Shown: positions 11,347-22,476 of the stretch, in pieces
How the letters are laid out: every line of letters begins with the position of its first letter
How positions within the stretch are numbered: the first letter of the stretch is position 1
Assembly (NCBI GenBank): GCA_963765495.1
Contig: CAVXWP010000009.1
Span: 832,001 to 896,000, forward strand
Source of the DNA: Blastocatellia bacterium
Lineage (GTDB): Bacteria > Acidobacteriota > Blastocatellia > UBA7656
Length of the DNA stretch: 64,000 bases
Direction: 5' to 3'
Translations under genes and position numbers: made by a program
Notes under the pieces: model-generated
Told to the model about the DNA's origin: nothing
Seen by the model: only the letters and a program-made list of their open reading frames with translations
The model's database searches: none

Positions 11347-11684
11347 CTCTCTATTTCGAACTCCTTCTGTCTCTCTTCGAGCTGTCGCCGCTCGGCAAGT
11401 TTCTCGCTGAGCAGATGCTTGATAACAGCGGTTCTGGCCCTGAATCCGGTCACTTCTCGCCAGGCTACGAGGGCCAAACCTATCAATATTATAACAGCAC
11501 CTACAATGGTATGCGTAGCATGTCCTATGGCGAATCCAATGAAAATTATGGTCACAAGCAAAAGATAATAAAATATACCGTGGGTCCGCGTAGAGTTGAT
11601 AGACTGGCGAAGTTCATCCACCTCGTGGTCTATCTCTTCCAACCTTTTCGTCGGCCCATGCTGATCGCGGCTCGTGCTTATCAT
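11343..11684 (-). CDS. Hypothetical two-TM membrane protein
   Basis: Two hydrophobic segments flanked by coiled-coil; 4-bp overlap with def. Confidence 0.7.
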   Translation of the reverse strand: MISTSRDQHGPTKRLEEIDHEVDELRQSINSTRTHGIFYYLLLVTIIFIGFAIGHATHTIVGAVIILIGLALVAWREVTGFRARTAVIKHLLSEKLAERRQLEERQKEFEIER

Positions 11685-11706
11685 ATATTCACCCCTCGCA
11701 CAGGTC

Positions 11707-12882
11707 TCAGTATCGTTTGAGTTGTTCGAGATAGCTCTCGAAGTTTCGCTTCATCTCTCCTGTGCTGTCGCCGCCAAATTTCTCTCGCGCGGCATCGGCA
11801 AGCACAACAGCCACCATCGCCTCGCCGATCACGCCCGCCGCCGGAACCGCCACTATGTCGGAACGCTCAAAAGCCGCGACTGACTCTTGCTTGCTCACTA
11901 CGTCAACGCTTGAGAGCGGCTGTCTCAGAGTCGAGATAGGCTTCAGATGGCCGAGCACTCGCACCTCTTCGCCGTTCGTGATGCCGCCTTCGATACCGCC
12001 CGCGCGATTCGTGGGCCGCGTAAATGTGCGTTCCGTATGATTATACCCGATCTCGTCATGTATCTGCGAGCCTGTAGCCCGGCTGACCTCCACGCCCGCG
12101 CCTATCTCGACCGCCTTCACGGCAGGCACGCACATAATAGCCTGGGCCAGCCGCCCGTCAATCTTGCGGTTCCACTGCACGTGCGAGCCGAGTCCGGCAA
12201 CTACGCCACGCGCCACGACTTCGAATATCCCTCCGAGCGTATCCTTCGCTTCTTTGGTCGAATCAATCAAGGCGATCATCCGTTGCTCGACTTCTTTATC
12301 CACACAGCGCAGTTGAGCGTCATCCGCGATGGCTACGATCTGGTCCCAGTCAGCCGTTAATGGGATTTCGGGCACGCCGCCGATCATAGCCGTGTGGCTT
12401 GCTATCTCGATGCCGATCTCTTTGAGGAGCAGTTTAGCGAAGGCCCCTACGGCAACGCGAGCGGTTGTTTCCCTTGCGCTCGCTCGTTCGAGTATGTCGC
12501 GCAGGTCGTGCGTATCGTATTTGAGCCCGCCCGCAAGATCAGTGTGGCCGGGCCGGGGCCGCGTCACCCTGCGCGCTCGCTTCTCTTCGGCAAAATCTGT
12601 CGGAGTGACGGCCATCACATCCTGCCAGTTCTGAAAATCCCTGTTGTGAACCAGAAAAGAGACGGGTGAGCCGAGAGTGCGCCCGTGACGCACGCCCGAA
12701 AGGATTTCAACTTCATCGCTTTCGATCTTCATGCGCCCGCCGCGACCGTAGCCTTGCTGTCGCCGCCATAACTGATGGTTGATGAACTCTACATCAACCG
12801 CCAGCCCTGCGGGCAGCCCTTCTATTATGGCTACAAGCCCTTTGCCGTGTGATTCTCCCGCTGTGATGAAGTTGAATTCCAT
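11707..12882 (-). CDS. aroC: Chorismate synthase
   Basis: [39 protein letters not shown]. Confidence 0.96.
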   Translation of the reverse strand: MEFNFITAGESHGKGLVAIIEGLPAGLAVDVEFINHQLWRRQQGYGRGGRMKIESDEVEILSGVRHGRTLGSPVSFLVHNRDFQNWQDVMAVTPTDFAEEKRARRVTRPRPGHTDLAGGLKYDTHDLRDILERASARETTARVAVGAFAKLLLKEIGIEIASHTAMIGGVPEIPLTADWDQIVAIADDAQLRCVDKEVEQRMIALIDSTKEAKDTLGGIFEVVARGVVAGLGSHVQWNRKIDGRLAQAIMCVPAVKAVEIGAGVEVSRATGSQIHDEIGYNHTERTFTRPTNRAGGIEGGITNGEEVRVLGHLKPISTLRQPLSSVDVVSKQESVAAFERSDIVAVPAAGVIGEAMVAVVLADAAREKFGGDSTGEMKRNFESYLEQLKRY

Positions 12883-13105
12883 AACTCCTGTTCCCAACCA
12901 TTCATATCAAATGCGGGGATTCTATCAATCGAGCCGCTCGCATCACAAGGAGCGCATAAGTGGCGCACCGAATCAGAACCGCCGGATATTGATTACAAGT
13001 AAATTTGAACGGACCGTAAAGCCTAATAGTCCGGGACGGACGCGGATTCGACGGATTAGCGCGGCTCAGATCATATTCCGCCGGGTCCTGATCGAGTAGT
13101 GATTT

Positions 13106-15091
13106 TCATGACATTTCGATCTCGCGGTTTCGCAGGTACTTGAGCTTGTCACGCAATTCGGCGGCGCGCTCAAACTCCAGACGTCCGGCGGCGGCGCGCA
13201 TCTCGTGTTCCAGGCGCTCGATAGTCTCGCCGAGTTTGTCGGGCGAATATTCTTCGATCTCATCGAGATTTAATGGCACTTTGAAATAGTCGGCTTCGAC
13301 TATGGAAACGAGCGTAGAATCGATCGCCTTCACGATTGATTGAGGCGTGATGCCGTTTTCGCGGTTGTAAATCGCCTGCTTCTCGCGGCGGCGCTGAGTC
13401 TCGCCAATTGCGCGCCGCATGGAATCGGTTACGCGATCCGCGTAGAGTATGGCTTTGCCGTTTATGTTGCGAGCGGCGCGGCCTATCGTCTGAATGAGCG
13501 ACATCTCCGAGCGCAGGAACCCTTCTTTGTCGGCGTCAAGTATCGCGACAAGCGAGACCTCGGGCAAATCCAAACCCTCGCGCAGAAGGTTTATCCCTAC
13601 CAGCACATCGAAATCGCCCGCGCGCAAATCTCGCAGTATCCTTATGCGATCAAGTGTAACGATCTCCGAATGCAGATAGCGCACGCGCACGCCCAGTTCG
13701 GCGTAGTATTCGGTGAGGTTTTCGGCCATCTTCTTGGTAAGCGTTGTGACGAGCACGCGCTCGTTTCTCGACACCCGTTCGCGTATCTCGTTCAGCAAAT
13801 CGTCTATCTGCCCTCGCACGGGACGCACGTCTATCTCAGGGTCTATCAACCCCGTAGGCCGTATAACCTGCTCGACCACCTCGCCGCCCGTTCGGGTCAT
13901 CTCGTAAGGGCCGGGCGTGGCGGAAACAAAGATTACCTGATCGATTCTGCGCTCCCACTCTTCAAAGTTGAGCGGGCGGTTGTCCATGGCCGAAGGCAGG
14001 CGAAACCCGTACTCTACAAGCGTTCGTTTGCGCGACTGATCGCCCGCGTACATGCCCCGGACCTGAGGAACCGTCTGGTGGCTTTCATCCACAAGCACGA
14101 TAGCATCGCGCGGCAGGTAATCGAGCAAGGTCGGCGGCGGCTCGCCCGGCTGTCGCCCCGTCAGGTGGCGTGAATAGTTCTCGATTCCGTGACAATAGCC
14201 AAGTTCCTTGAGCATCTCAAGGTCATAAAGCGTTCGCTGATGAAGGCGCTGGGCTTCCAGTACGCTGCCTCGCTCGATCAACTGCGGCTCCCACTCTTCC
14301 AGTTCCTGCTTTATGGTCTTTATCGCCCGTCTGATAGTGTCCTGCGACATTACGTAGTGAGTCTTCGGATAGATCGGCAACCTGTCGTGACGCTCTATCA
14401 CCTCGCCCAGCAGCGGGTCTATCGTGGAAATCGAATCGATTTCATCGCCCCAGAATTCTATGCGTATCGCCTTGTCCTGATAGACCGGATAGATCTCGAC
14501 CACGTCGCCGCGCGCGCGGAAACTGCCGCGCTCAAACGCCACATCGTTGCGCTGGTATTGAATCTCCACGAGCCTTTTCAATAGCGCCGTGCGTGACAAC
14601 TGCTGGCCTCGCTCTACGAAAACCACCATGCCGTAATAGGCATCCGGGTCCCCCAGACCGTATATGCAAGAGACGCTGGCTACGATCACGCAGTCACGCC
14701 GTTCAAACAGGCTCCGCGTGGCCGACAGCCTCAGCCGGTCGATCTCTTCATTGATCGTAGCCTCTTTCTCGATGAATGTGTCGGTAGAGGGAATGTAAGC
14801 TTCGGGCTGATAGTAGTCATAATAACTAACAAAATACTCTATGGCGTTATGAGGAAAAAAAGATTTGAACTCCTGATAAAGCTGCGCGGCAAGTGTCTTG
14901 TTATGAGCCATGACAAGCACAGGCCGGTTGATATGCTCGATGACGGCGGCAAGCGAAAACGTCTTTCCGCTCCCGGTCACGCCGAGCAGCACCTGATGCT
15001 CGGCCCCTTCCCGGATGCCGCGTACGAGTTGCTCTATTGCCTGGGGCTGATCTCCCTGGGGCACATAATCCGATACGAGTTTGAAATCCAT
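13106..15091 (-). CDS. uvrB: Excinuclease ABC subunit B
   Basis: [29 protein letters not shown]-terminal UVR domain FERAAELRD. Confidence 0.97.
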   Translation of the reverse strand: MDFKLVSDYVPQGDQPQAIEQLVRGIREGAEHQVLLGVTGSGKTFSLAAVIEHINRPVLVMAHNKTLAAQLYQEFKSFFPHNAIEYFVSYYDYYQPEAYIPSTDTFIEKEATINEEIDRLRLSATRSLFERRDCVIVASVSCIYGLGDPDAYYGMVVFVERGQQLSRTALLKRLVEIQYQRNDVAFERGSFRARGDVVEIYPVYQDKAIRIEFWGDEIDSISTIDPLLGEVIERHDRLPIYPKTHYVMSQDTIRRAIKTIKQELEEWEPQLIERGSVLEAQRLHQRTLYDLEMLKELGYCHGIENYSRHLTGRQPGEPPPTLLDYLPRDAIVLVDESHQTVPQVRGMYAGDQSRKRTLVEYGFRLPSAMDNRPLNFEEWERRIDQVIFVSATPGPYEMTRTGGEVVEQVIRPTGLIDPEIDVRPVRGQIDDLLNEIRERVSRNERVLVTTLTKKMAENLTEYYAELGVRVRYLHSEIVTLDRIRILRDLRAGDFDVLVGINLLREGLDLPEVSLVAILDADKEGFLRSEMSLIQTIGRAARNINGKAILYADRVTDSMRRAIGETQRRREKQAIYNRENGITPQSIVKAIDSTLVSIVEADYFKVPLNLDEIEEYSPDKLGETIERLEHEMRAAAGRLEFERAAELRDKLKYLRNREIEMS

Positions 15092-15270
15092 TGATCGCCT
15101 TTCTCTGTCTGTCTGTCGCGCCGCTTCAAATCTGAGCGCCAGCGACGACGCATACGGTAACACCCGTTTGAGAGATTATACAGGCAGTCGAAAAGGGCAA
15201 GCAATCGAGGTAAAACAGACCGCGATGAGAAAAAAAATTGCCTGAATATAGATGGTTCGGCGATGTTCTC

Positions 15271-15299
15271 TTGACATTAAAACTCACGATGTCGATAAT
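15271..15299 (+). promoter_or_regulatory. Sigma70-type promoter for purC
   Basis: TTGACA-N17-GATAAT. Confidence 0.6.
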
Positions 15300-15384
15300 G
15301 CGACTTGCCATCACAAAACCAAAAAAATCGATAGCATATATCCTCGCAAATTGACAGTTTTACTCTGATAGAAAGGACAAAACA

Positions 15385-16272
15385 ATTAGTAAAGTAATCA
15401 CTCAAACCGACATCCCCGGCGTAGAGCTTTTCCGGCGCGGCAAGGTGCGTGATGTTTATGCCGTTGAAGACAAGCTGCTCATTATTGCGACCGACCGCAT
15501 CTCGGCCTTCGACGTAGTGCTTCCGAGTGCCATCCCGCGCAAAGGCGAAGTGTTAACAAAGCTTTCGCTCTTCTGGTTCGATTTCTTCAAAGACAGGGTA
15601 GCCAATCACCTGATCACGACCGATGTTGATTCGTATCCGTCTCCGCTTGCCGATTACCGCGATCAGATCGAATCTCGCTCGATGCTTGTCACGCGCGCTG
15701 ATGTGTTCCCTATAGAATGCGTGGCGCGTGGCTATTTGAGCGGGTCGGGCTGGAAGGAGTATCAAAAGACGGGCGAGGTCTGCGGCATAAAATTGCCCTC
15801 CGGGCTCACCGAATCCGACAAGCTCTCCGAGCCTATTTTCACCCCGGCTACTAAGGAAGAGACCGGACACGATATAAACATCAGCGAGCGCGAGATGGCA
15901 AACCGCATTGGCGAAGAAGCGACCCGAAAGCTCAAAGAGTTGACGCTTACCATCTACTCCGAAGCCGCCCGATATGCCTTGAGCCGGGATATAATCATCG
16001 CCGATACCAAGTTTGAGTTCGGCGAAAAAGACGGGAAAATTCTTCTGGTAGACGAAGTGCTGACTCCGGATTCATCGCGATTCTGGCCAAACGAAACATA
16101 CGCGCCGGGTCGCGCCCAGCAATCTTTTGATAAGCAGTACGTGCGCGATTATCTGGAGACTCTCGATTGGAACAAACAACCTCCGGGGCCAAACCTCCCC
16201 GATACGGTGGCAGAGAAGACCAGCGAAAAATACCTTGAGGCATACAGCCTGCTGACGGGCCGGGAAATTTGA
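15385..16272 (+). CDS. purC: SAICAR synthase, probable ATT start
   Basis: GKVRDVY, TDRISAFD, IADTKFEFG, DEVLTPDSSRFW, SFDKQ; no ATG/GTG/TTG in frame upstream of the GKVRD motif; AAGGA 7 nt before ATT. Confidence 0.92.
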   Translation: MSKVITQTDIPGVELFRRGKVRDVYAVEDKLLIIATDRISAFDVVLPSAIPRKGEVLTKLSLFWFDFFKDRVANHLITTDVDSYPSPLADYRDQIESRSMLVTRADVFPIECVARGYLSGSGWKEYQKTGEVCGIKLPSGLTESDKLSEPIFTPATKEETGHDINISEREMANRIGEEATRKLKELTLTIYSEAARYALSRDIIIADTKFEFGEKDGKILLVDEVLTPDSSRFWPNETYAPGRAQQSFDKQYVRDYLETLDWNKQPPGPNLPDTVAEKTSEKYLEAYSLLTGREI

Positions 16273-16363
16273 GAGATATTAGGTTTTGGATTTTGGATTG
16301 GCCGGACACAATCGGGCCCGGTTTTTCAAGTCCAAAATCCAAAACCTAATGTCGGGAACGGTA

Positions 16364-16888
16364 ATGACGGTTCTCGATTACTTCGTTCTGATTGTCGTCC
16401 TGGCATCTGTAGTCTCAGGAGTCACAAAAGGTATTCTCAAAGGCATTATTTCGATAATCTCTGCGCTGGCCGGGCTGGTTGCAGCCGCCTATCTGTATAC
16501 GTATGCGGCAACCCTGTTTAGCCGTTTTACCGAGACGGCGCGGGCGGCAAATCTTCTGGGGTTTGTGGCAATCTTTTTGCTTGTGCTCATTGCCGGGAGC
16601 CTTTTAGCAAGACGGCTGCGCGGCTTGCTAAAGCGTGCCAGGCTCAATTGGATAGATCGCGCTCTGGGAGCCGTTTTCGGGCTCTTGAGGGGCTGGCTCA
16701 TCTGCTCGGCTATATACCTGGCGTTGACTGCTTTCCCGGTACGGCTCGACGCAGTCGAGCGAGCCATGTTTGCGCCCGCGCTCCTGGAAGGGACGCGAGT
16801 AATCGCCTATTTGACTTCACGCGAGTTGAGAGATCGGTTTCTGGATGGTTACAGGTCTGTACAGAATTTGTGGGAGCAAAAAACTTAG
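16364..16888 (+). CDS. cvpA: CvpA (colicin V production) family membrane protein
   Basis: LD..V...G..KG pattern, DRALGAVFGLLRG, four TMs. Confidence 0.85.
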   Translation: MTVLDYFVLIVVLASVVSGVTKGILKGIISIISALAGLVAAAYLYTYAATLFSRFTETARAANLLGFVAIFLLVLIAGSLLARRLRGLLKRARLNWIDRALGAVFGLLRGWLICSAIYLALTAFPVRLDAVERAMFAPALLEGTRVIAYLTSRELRDRFLDGYRSVQNLWEQKT

Positions 16889-16927
16889 AAAACAAAAAAC
16901 TGTGCCCCCGCGATTACAGGAGATGCT

Positions 16928-17227
16928 ATGACGATGAAGGCCCGGTTAGAAACGCTTGTGACTGAGATGGTTGAGAGGGGAATTCTTTTTGAGGATGCGG
17001 TTGCGGAATTCGAAAAACATTTCATTCTTTCTGTGCTTGATCGGACTAATGGCAATATGTCAAAGGCCGCCGAAGAGCTTCGCATTCACCGCAACACATT
17101 ATCCAAGCGCATAGAAAAATATTATCAGAACGGTAATATGACGGACGGCCATCGCCGCCTGCCTCGCACGCGAAAAAAATCTCAAACCAGGCGAGTGGCA
17201 AGCGCCCCCACGCGTAAAAGAAGATGA
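16928..17227 (+). CDS. Fis-type HTH DNA-binding protein
   Basis: FEKHFI..VL.RTNGNMSKAAEELRIHRNTL. Confidence 0.85.
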   Translation: MTMKARLETLVTEMVERGILFEDAVAEFEKHFILSVLDRTNGNMSKAAEELRIHRNTLSKRIEKYYQNGNMTDGHRRLPRTRKKSQTRRVASAPTRKRR

Positions 17228-17319
17228 GAAACCGGCAGATAAGACGTGGCAAGCAGAAGCCGCTTAACCGGATCGCTCTTTCAAATGAGAACGACTTTTG
17301 ATGGCACCCCGGCCCGGCT

Positions 17320-18369
17320 TCACAGGATTAAGTTCAAATCGCCAAACTCGTGCCATAAATAACCTTCTCTTACCGCCTCTTCGTATGATTGCCTTATCTC
17401 TTCCGCAGGCAAAAACGCCGTCAATAGATCGAGGTGGCTGGCCTCGGGCTCGTGCAAACCTGTGAGCAGGCCATCCACACCCCTCAGAATGTGATCGGAT
17501 GTTATCCGTAGTCGCGTGTATCCGTGACCTGATTGCACGAATCCCTCTTTATCGGCGGTTGACTCTATGGCTCTCACAACCGTTGTGCCCACAGCGATGA
17601 CGCGCTTGCCCTCGGCGCGAGCGCGGTTTATCTTGTCGGCCGCCGTTTCGCTTATCATGTACTCCTCTTCCGAAGCCGGATGCTGCGCGTCAAGATCGTC
17701 ATCCATATAAGATGACAACCCCGTGTGCAACAATATGTAAGCCGTCTCGACGCCCCGGCGTTTCAGATCAAAAAGCAGTTTCCAGGTAAAAGCCCGCCCC
17801 GCCGACGGCATCTCGGCAGAACCCGGCTCCTGCGCGTATACGGTTTGATAATAATCCAGGTCCCACGGCGCCGATACGTATTCGTAGCGAACAGGCCGTC
17901 CGAGTCTGTAGATCGAATCTACAAGCTCGGTTCCGCTTTTTGAGAAGCGTAACCTCCAAAGTCTGGGAATGTTTTCGTCGCGGTCATAAACCGATCCCGC
18001 CAGCCCTTCGCCGAAGTCTATCTCCATTCCGCCCCTTAACCCGCACGAGAACGGGTCTCCGTCCTCACACAACAGCAGCGCAAGCCACGAATCATCAGGC
18101 AAATGCTCGGCCAGCCGGACCTCAATGCAAGGCCCGCCCAGCACGCGGCAACCCTTTAAGGAGGCGGGAAGCGTGCGGCTGGTGTTGAAAACCAGGAGAT
18201 CACCCGAGCCTATGAATTCCCCTAGATGATCGAAGCGAGTGTGAACAACTCGCCCCGTTTTGCGATCATTGACCATCAGCCGGACTCTATCGCGTGCAAT
18301 GCCTCGGCGCTCAGGCGGCTCTTTCGCCTGAAGCTCAAGTGGGAGTGTGAAATGAAATGGAGTAGCCAT
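17320..18369 (-). CDS. QueA-family paralog (SAM:tRNA ribosyltransferase-isomerase-like)
   Basis: GDLLVFNTS, YQTVYA, AVGTTVVRAIE; non-canonical GSAEMPSAGRAFT, GLHEP and WHEFGD motifs. Confidence 0.8.
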   Translation of the reverse strand: MATPFHFTLPLELQAKEPPERRGIARDRVRLMVNDRKTGRVVHTRFDHLGEFIGSGDLLVFNTSRTLPASLKGCRVLGGPCIEVRLAEHLPDDSWLALLLCEDGDPFSCGLRGGMEIDFGEGLAGSVYDRDENIPRLWRLRFSKSGTELVDSIYRLGRPVRYEYVSAPWDLDYYQTVYAQEPGSAEMPSAGRAFTWKLLFDLKRRGVETAYILLHTGLSSYMDDDLDAQHPASEEEYMISETAADKINRARAEGKRVIAVGTTVVRAIESTADKEGFVQSGHGYTRLRITSDHILRGVDGLLTGLHEPEASHLDLLTAFLPAEEIRQSYEEAVREGYLWHEFGDLNLIL

Positions 18370-18400
18370 ATTCGCTCCTGCATCAAATTAACCTGCGAAA

Positions 18401-19171
18401 TTAACCTGCATCGGCCGACAGCTTCTTATCCGAGCGCCCCCAGTCTTCCTCCTGCGCCTGGAATCTTTGCCCGTTCACTTCCCGGCTTTCATCCGAGGCC
18501 AGATAGATAAATACATCGGTCACATCGGCGGGATCGGCCCACTGAGTCGGGTCTTCCTCCGGTTCGGCGGCCCTATGCATATCAGTGTTCATCTCGCCGG
18601 GGTCCACCCAGTTGATGCGCACACCCGATTCGTCGAGTTCCGCAGCCCAGGTCTCGGTCATTCCCTCAATACCGAATTTAGATATACCGTAAGCGCCCCA
18701 TCCGGGATAACCTACACGCCCCGCGTCACTCGTCACGTTTATAATTGATCCGCCGTGTTCGAGCATGGCCGGCAACGCCTTTTTGATTATCAGGTACGGA
18801 GCGATCAGATTTACATCTATTACCCGGCGGAAGTCTTCGAGCGGATAATCGAGCAGATAAGGCATCGGTGTGGGGCCGAGGTCAGAGGCATTGTTTACGA
18901 GCACATCAAGGCGGCCTCCGAATTCGGCAAGCGTAGTCGCAACGACACGCTCGACATCTTCCTGACGGCTGAGATCCGCTTCTATCGCTACGACCTTCGC
19001 GTCGGGCGCAATCTGCTTGATTCTGTCCCGGACGCCTTTTAAGGCTTCAAGGTTACGCGCTGAGATGGATATGCCGCTTGCGCCCTGTCGGGCGAAATCA
19101 ATGGCGAGTTGCTCTCCCAGCCCCTTTGAAGCCCCCGTAATCATTATGTGTTTGCCCTTAACTCTATCCAT
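18401..19171 (-). CDS. SDR family oxidoreductase
   Basis: TGASKGLG, VLVNNAS, YGISK. Confidence 0.9.
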   Translation of the reverse strand: MDRVKGKHIMITGASKGLGEQLAIDFARQGASGISISARNLEALKGVRDRIKQIAPDAKVVAIEADLSRQEDVERVVATTLAEFGGRLDVLVNNASDLGPTPMPYLLDYPLEDFRRVIDVNLIAPYLIIKKALPAMLEHGGSIINVTSDAGRVGYPGWGAYGISKFGIEGMTETWAAELDESGVRINWVDPGEMNTDMHRAAEPEEDPTQWADPADVTDVFIYLASDESREVNGQRFQAQEEDWGRSDKKLSADAG

Positions 19172-19298
19172 AATTTCCTCCTGGCCTGACAGAGGGCCTT
19201 GGCCCTCTGTCAACTCTTCTCACGAAAATCCCGGCACGAACGCCCCCCGGCACAATCTAGCTTGCGCTTCATTGCCCCTCATTGCCCTTCATTGCCCT

Positions 19299-19628
19299 TT
19301 ACTGGATGTGTCTTTCGAGAACTTCCGAGAGCACATCCTTGCTGACTGCGCCGACTACGCGATCCTCTTCTTTGCCGCCCTTAAACAGTATCAGCGTAGG
19401 AATCCCTCGCACGCCGTAGCGCCCCGCCGTTTCATGATTTTCGTCCACGTTCAGCTTTACGACCTTCGCCTTGCCCTGATACTTCTCCGCAAGCGCTTCA
19501 ACGGTCGGAGCTATCATTCGACACGGTCCGCACCATGTCGCCCAGAAATCCACAAGTACCGGCTGCTCCGATTGAAGCACATCCGTTTCAAAACTGTTGT
19601 CGCTCGTGTCATTAACGTAATTGCTCAT
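19299..19628 (-). CDS. trxA: Thioredoxin
   Basis: VDFWATWCGPC, GIPT; AGGAG RBS. Confidence 0.95.
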   Translation of the reverse strand: MSNYVNDTSDNSFETDVLQSEQPVLVDFWATWCGPCRMIAPTVEALAEKYQGKAKVVKLNVDENHETAGRYGVRGIPTLILFKGGKEEDRVVGAVSKDVLSEVLERHIQ

Positions 19629-19651
19629 GCTTTGTCTCCTTACCAAATATT

Positions 19652-19670
19652 TGTAACTGCTTCTGCTACA
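19652..19670. promoter_or_regulatory. Second putative Rrf2 operator upstream of trxA
   Basis: TGTAAC-N7-GCTACA. Confidence 0.55.
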
Positions 19671-19696
19671 GATCGGATCAAAAAAATTTCAGACCA

Positions 19697-20131
19697 TCAT
19701 TTCTTTGACTTCGACTGCTTCCTGACGGATTCGAGTATTTCCTCAACCGTAATCTCTGATAAAACCTGTTCCATAGCCGTTTCGACTCTGCTTAACACAT
19801 CACCGAGCACCGGCGCGATGTTTGCGCCTATGCGGCAGCCGGGGTCAGGCGGCTGCCGATGCAGAGAGAATATCTCTCCTCCTTCGACCGCCCTATACAC
19901 ATCGAGAAGGCTTATCTGGTTCGGAGCGCGGGTTAGCTTCGAGCCGCCGTATGCGCCCGTCTGCGATGTGATAAGCGAGGCTTTTGAAAGTGCCGACATA
20001 ATCCGTCTTATTACAACCGGATTCGTGTTAACGCTACAGGCCATGTCTTCCGACTTTAATTGCTCATCGTCGTAATAAGCCATCAGCGCCAACATATGTA
20101 CGGCCACCGCAAAACGACTGCTTCCTGACAT
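19697..20131 (-). CDS. Rrf2 family regulator (YwnA/HypR/SaiR-like)
   Basis: SRFAVAVH, SVNTNPVVIRR, ISLLDVYRAVE, PGCRIG. Confidence 0.9.
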   Translation of the reverse strand: MSGSSRFAVAVHMLALMAYYDDEQLKSEDMACSVNTNPVVIRRIMSALSKASLITSQTGAYGGSKLTRAPNQISLLDVYRAVEGGEIFSLHRQPPDPGCRIGANIAPVLGDVLSRVETAMEQVLSEITVEEILESVRKQSKSKK

Positions 20132-20146
20132 ATCATCCCTCTTTAC

Positions 20147-20181
20147 TGTAACAAGTATAGTTACAAATCAAAATTTGTCAA
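20147..20181 (-). promoter_or_regulatory. Promoter with an overlapping palindromic Rrf2 operator
   Basis: TTGACA-N16-TATACT on the minus strand; TGTAAC-N7-GTTACA (20147-20165) straddles the -10 box. Confidence 0.75.
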
Positions 20182-20493
20182 GGCCCAATTTTAGGCGATC
20201 CAATTTTTTGACTCTTCGAGCAATGGACAGAAAAAGAGTAATAAGGTTTATTTGAGCGAATGGAGGAGGGGAACAGGCCACGGATGCCGCGGATCAGGCG
20301 GATTTATGCGGGGCCGATCATATGATGACTAATCCGCGAAAACACGTCTGATCCGCGTTTATCCGTGGCCTATTTCTATTTTGCCTTTCAAAATTTTGGA
20401 AATCTGAATGAGTTTGCCCTACTGCTAACTGTTGCACCGAGTCCAGGTTGCCAGCTTGCGCTACCCGAGCGGCGCAAGATAAACTCTTGCCTT

Positions 20494-21546
20494 ATGGCGA
20501 CAACCGAGAGTGCTCAACTGTACTTCAAGCAAGCCAAAATGATCGGGCCGGTAGTATCGAATCCGCCGGTCTGTTTGTATCTGGAAACAACCAACCGATG
20601 TAATCTGCTCTGCCAGCACTGCCCTCGCACATTTGCTTCGGTCGAGCGCCCGGCCGATCTTTCATTCGAGCAGATGAAGCTGATCGTCGAACAGGTGCCC
20701 AACCTCAAGCAGGCAGTTCTACACGGCATCGGCGAGCCGTTAATCAACAAAGAATTGCCCGCTATGATCAGCTATCTGAAGGAGCGAGGCGTCTATGTTC
20801 TGTTCAATTCCAACGGCACGATGCTCTATCCGCACATTCAGAGACAGTTGATTGACAGCGGTTTGGACGAGTACCGCGTATCGCTCGACGCAGCGGACGC
20901 GAAAACATTCGCAAGGGTTAGGGGGCTTCCCCGTTTCGATCTGATTGTCAAAAACGTGCGCGAGCTTGTTGCGCTGAAGAAGCAACTTGGCATAGAGCAT
21001 CCGCGCCTGTCGCTCTGGCTTGTAGGGATGAAAGAGACGCTCGCCGAGCTTGTGGCCTTTGTCCAGCTTGCCCACGATATGGGCGTAGGCGAAGTCTATT
21101 TGCAGAGGCTGGTTTTCTTTGACGACCAGCAGAACGGGCAAGGGTTTGCCCGACCCGACCAGGCGCTTTTCGGCACGGTTGATGAGGAAGAGGCGCGATT
21201 GATTGCCGAAGCCCATATGATAGCCGATGAACTGGGGGTGACGTTTCACGCATCGGGGGCGACTACGCCAGAGCAAAGCCTGATGCCCCGCGACGATGAT
21301 CAGCCGTGGAATCTGTGCCGACGCCCCTGGACGTTGATGTACATAACGGCTAACGGCAATGTGCTGCCGTGCTGCATTTCGCCCTTCGCCGAACGCGATT
21401 ACGATTCGCTCATTTTAGGCAATGCGTTCGAGCAGCCTCTGATGGACATATGGAATGAACATCTCTATCAGAAATTCAGAAACGATCTTCAAAGCGATCA
21501 CCCGCACAGCGCGTGCAAAAACTGTGGCGTGCGTTGGAGCCTGTAG
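20494..21546 (+). CDS. Radical SAM protein with SPASM/twitch domain
   Basis: CNLLCQHC, GIGEPL, CRRPW...NGNVLPCC...CKNC. Confidence 0.9.
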   Translation: MATTESAQLYFKQAKMIGPVVSNPPVCLYLETTNRCNLLCQHCPRTFASVERPADLSFEQMKLIVEQVPNLKQAVLHGIGEPLINKELPAMISYLKERGVYVLFNSNGTMLYPHIQRQLIDSGLDEYRVSLDAADAKTFARVRGLPRFDLIVKNVRELVALKKQLGIEHPRLSLWLVGMKETLAELVAFVQLAHDMGVGEVYLQRLVFFDDQQNGQGFARPDQALFGTVDEEEARLIAEAHMIADELGVTFHASGATTPEQSLMPRDDDQPWNLCRRPWTLMYITANGNVLPCCISPFAERDYDSLILGNAFEQPLMDIWNEHLYQKFRNDLQSDHPHSACKNCGVRWSL

Positions 21547-21600
21547 TCGGTGAGCCCTTTAACACGCCGGGCACGACCCTGTAAAACAGGAGATGATTTG

Positions 21601-22428
21601 ATGAGACGAGTGTTTGTGATGGCAACGATGATTTTGGCGGCTTTGCCAATCGTTGCTTCGAGTCAGACAAAGACCAGACGCCCGCGCCGCAACGTGCGCC
21701 CCGGCCTGAGCCTGGAGCAGACCCTGAAGAAGATGGAAGGCGAATTGTTCGAAGCCTTCAAACAGCGCGACCGGGCGGCGCTTGATCGGTTGATGACCCC
21801 GGATTACATGGCCACAAATCAGGACGGGTCGACGAGCAATAAGGCGGAGACTCTTGAGGCGTTCAAAAACGACGCGGTTTCAATCGAGTCATTCGAGACC
21901 GAAGATGTTTTGGTGCGCCCTTTGGGAAATACGGCCATCATAACCGGCCACTCCAGGTGGAAAGGCCGCAGAGGCGGACAAGAAGCAAGCGGGCAGTTTC
22001 GCCATACAGGAGTGTGGGTCAAGCGTCAGGGGCGATGGCAGATCGTGTCGTGGCAAGAGACAGCGATAAAGGAACGAGCCGTGATCGGGAAGGAAATCAC
22101 TACACCTACGGGGTTGAAATACATCGATCTGGTCGAAGGCACGGGAGAGAGCCCAAGACCCGGTCAGATGGTCACGGTAGATTATACGGGCACGCTCGAA
22201 AACGGAGAAAAATTTGATAGTTCGCTTGACAGAGGCCAGCCTTTGATTTTTCAGATCGGTGTCGGGCGCGTTATCAAAGGGTGGGATGAAGGCGTTATGA
22301 GCATGAAAGTAGGCGGCAAACGCAAGCTCATCATACCCGCGCAACTCGGCTATGGGGAGAGGGGCCGGGGCATGATTCCGCCAAACGCGACTTTGATCTT
22401 CGAGGTGGAATTGCACGGAGTGAAGTGA
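21601..22428 (+). CDS. Secreted DUF4440 (NTF2-like) + FKBP peptidyl-prolyl isomerase fusion
   Basis: Signal peptide; [14 protein letters not shown]; [25 protein letters not shown]. Confidence 0.88.
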   Translation: MRRVFVMATMILAALPIVASSQTKTRRPRRNVRPGLSLEQTLKKMEGELFEAFKQRDRAALDRLMTPDYMATNQDGSTSNKAETLEAFKNDAVSIESFETEDVLVRPLGNTAIITGHSRWKGRRGGQEASGQFRHTGVWVKRQGRWQIVSWQETAIKERAVIGKEITTPTGLKYIDLVEGTGESPRPGQMVTVDYTGTLENGEKFDSSLDRGQPLIFQIGVGRVIKGWDEGVMSMKVGGKRKLIIPAQLGYGERGRGMIPPNATLIFEVELHGVK

Positions 22429-22476
22429 TTTGAGATTTGAAATCTCAGATCTGCTTACCCGGATTGAAGTTTTGCC

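Noticed and set aside
19017-20075. 352-aa plus-strand ORF
   Set aside because: Antisense to three well-supported genes (SDR, trxA, Rrf2)
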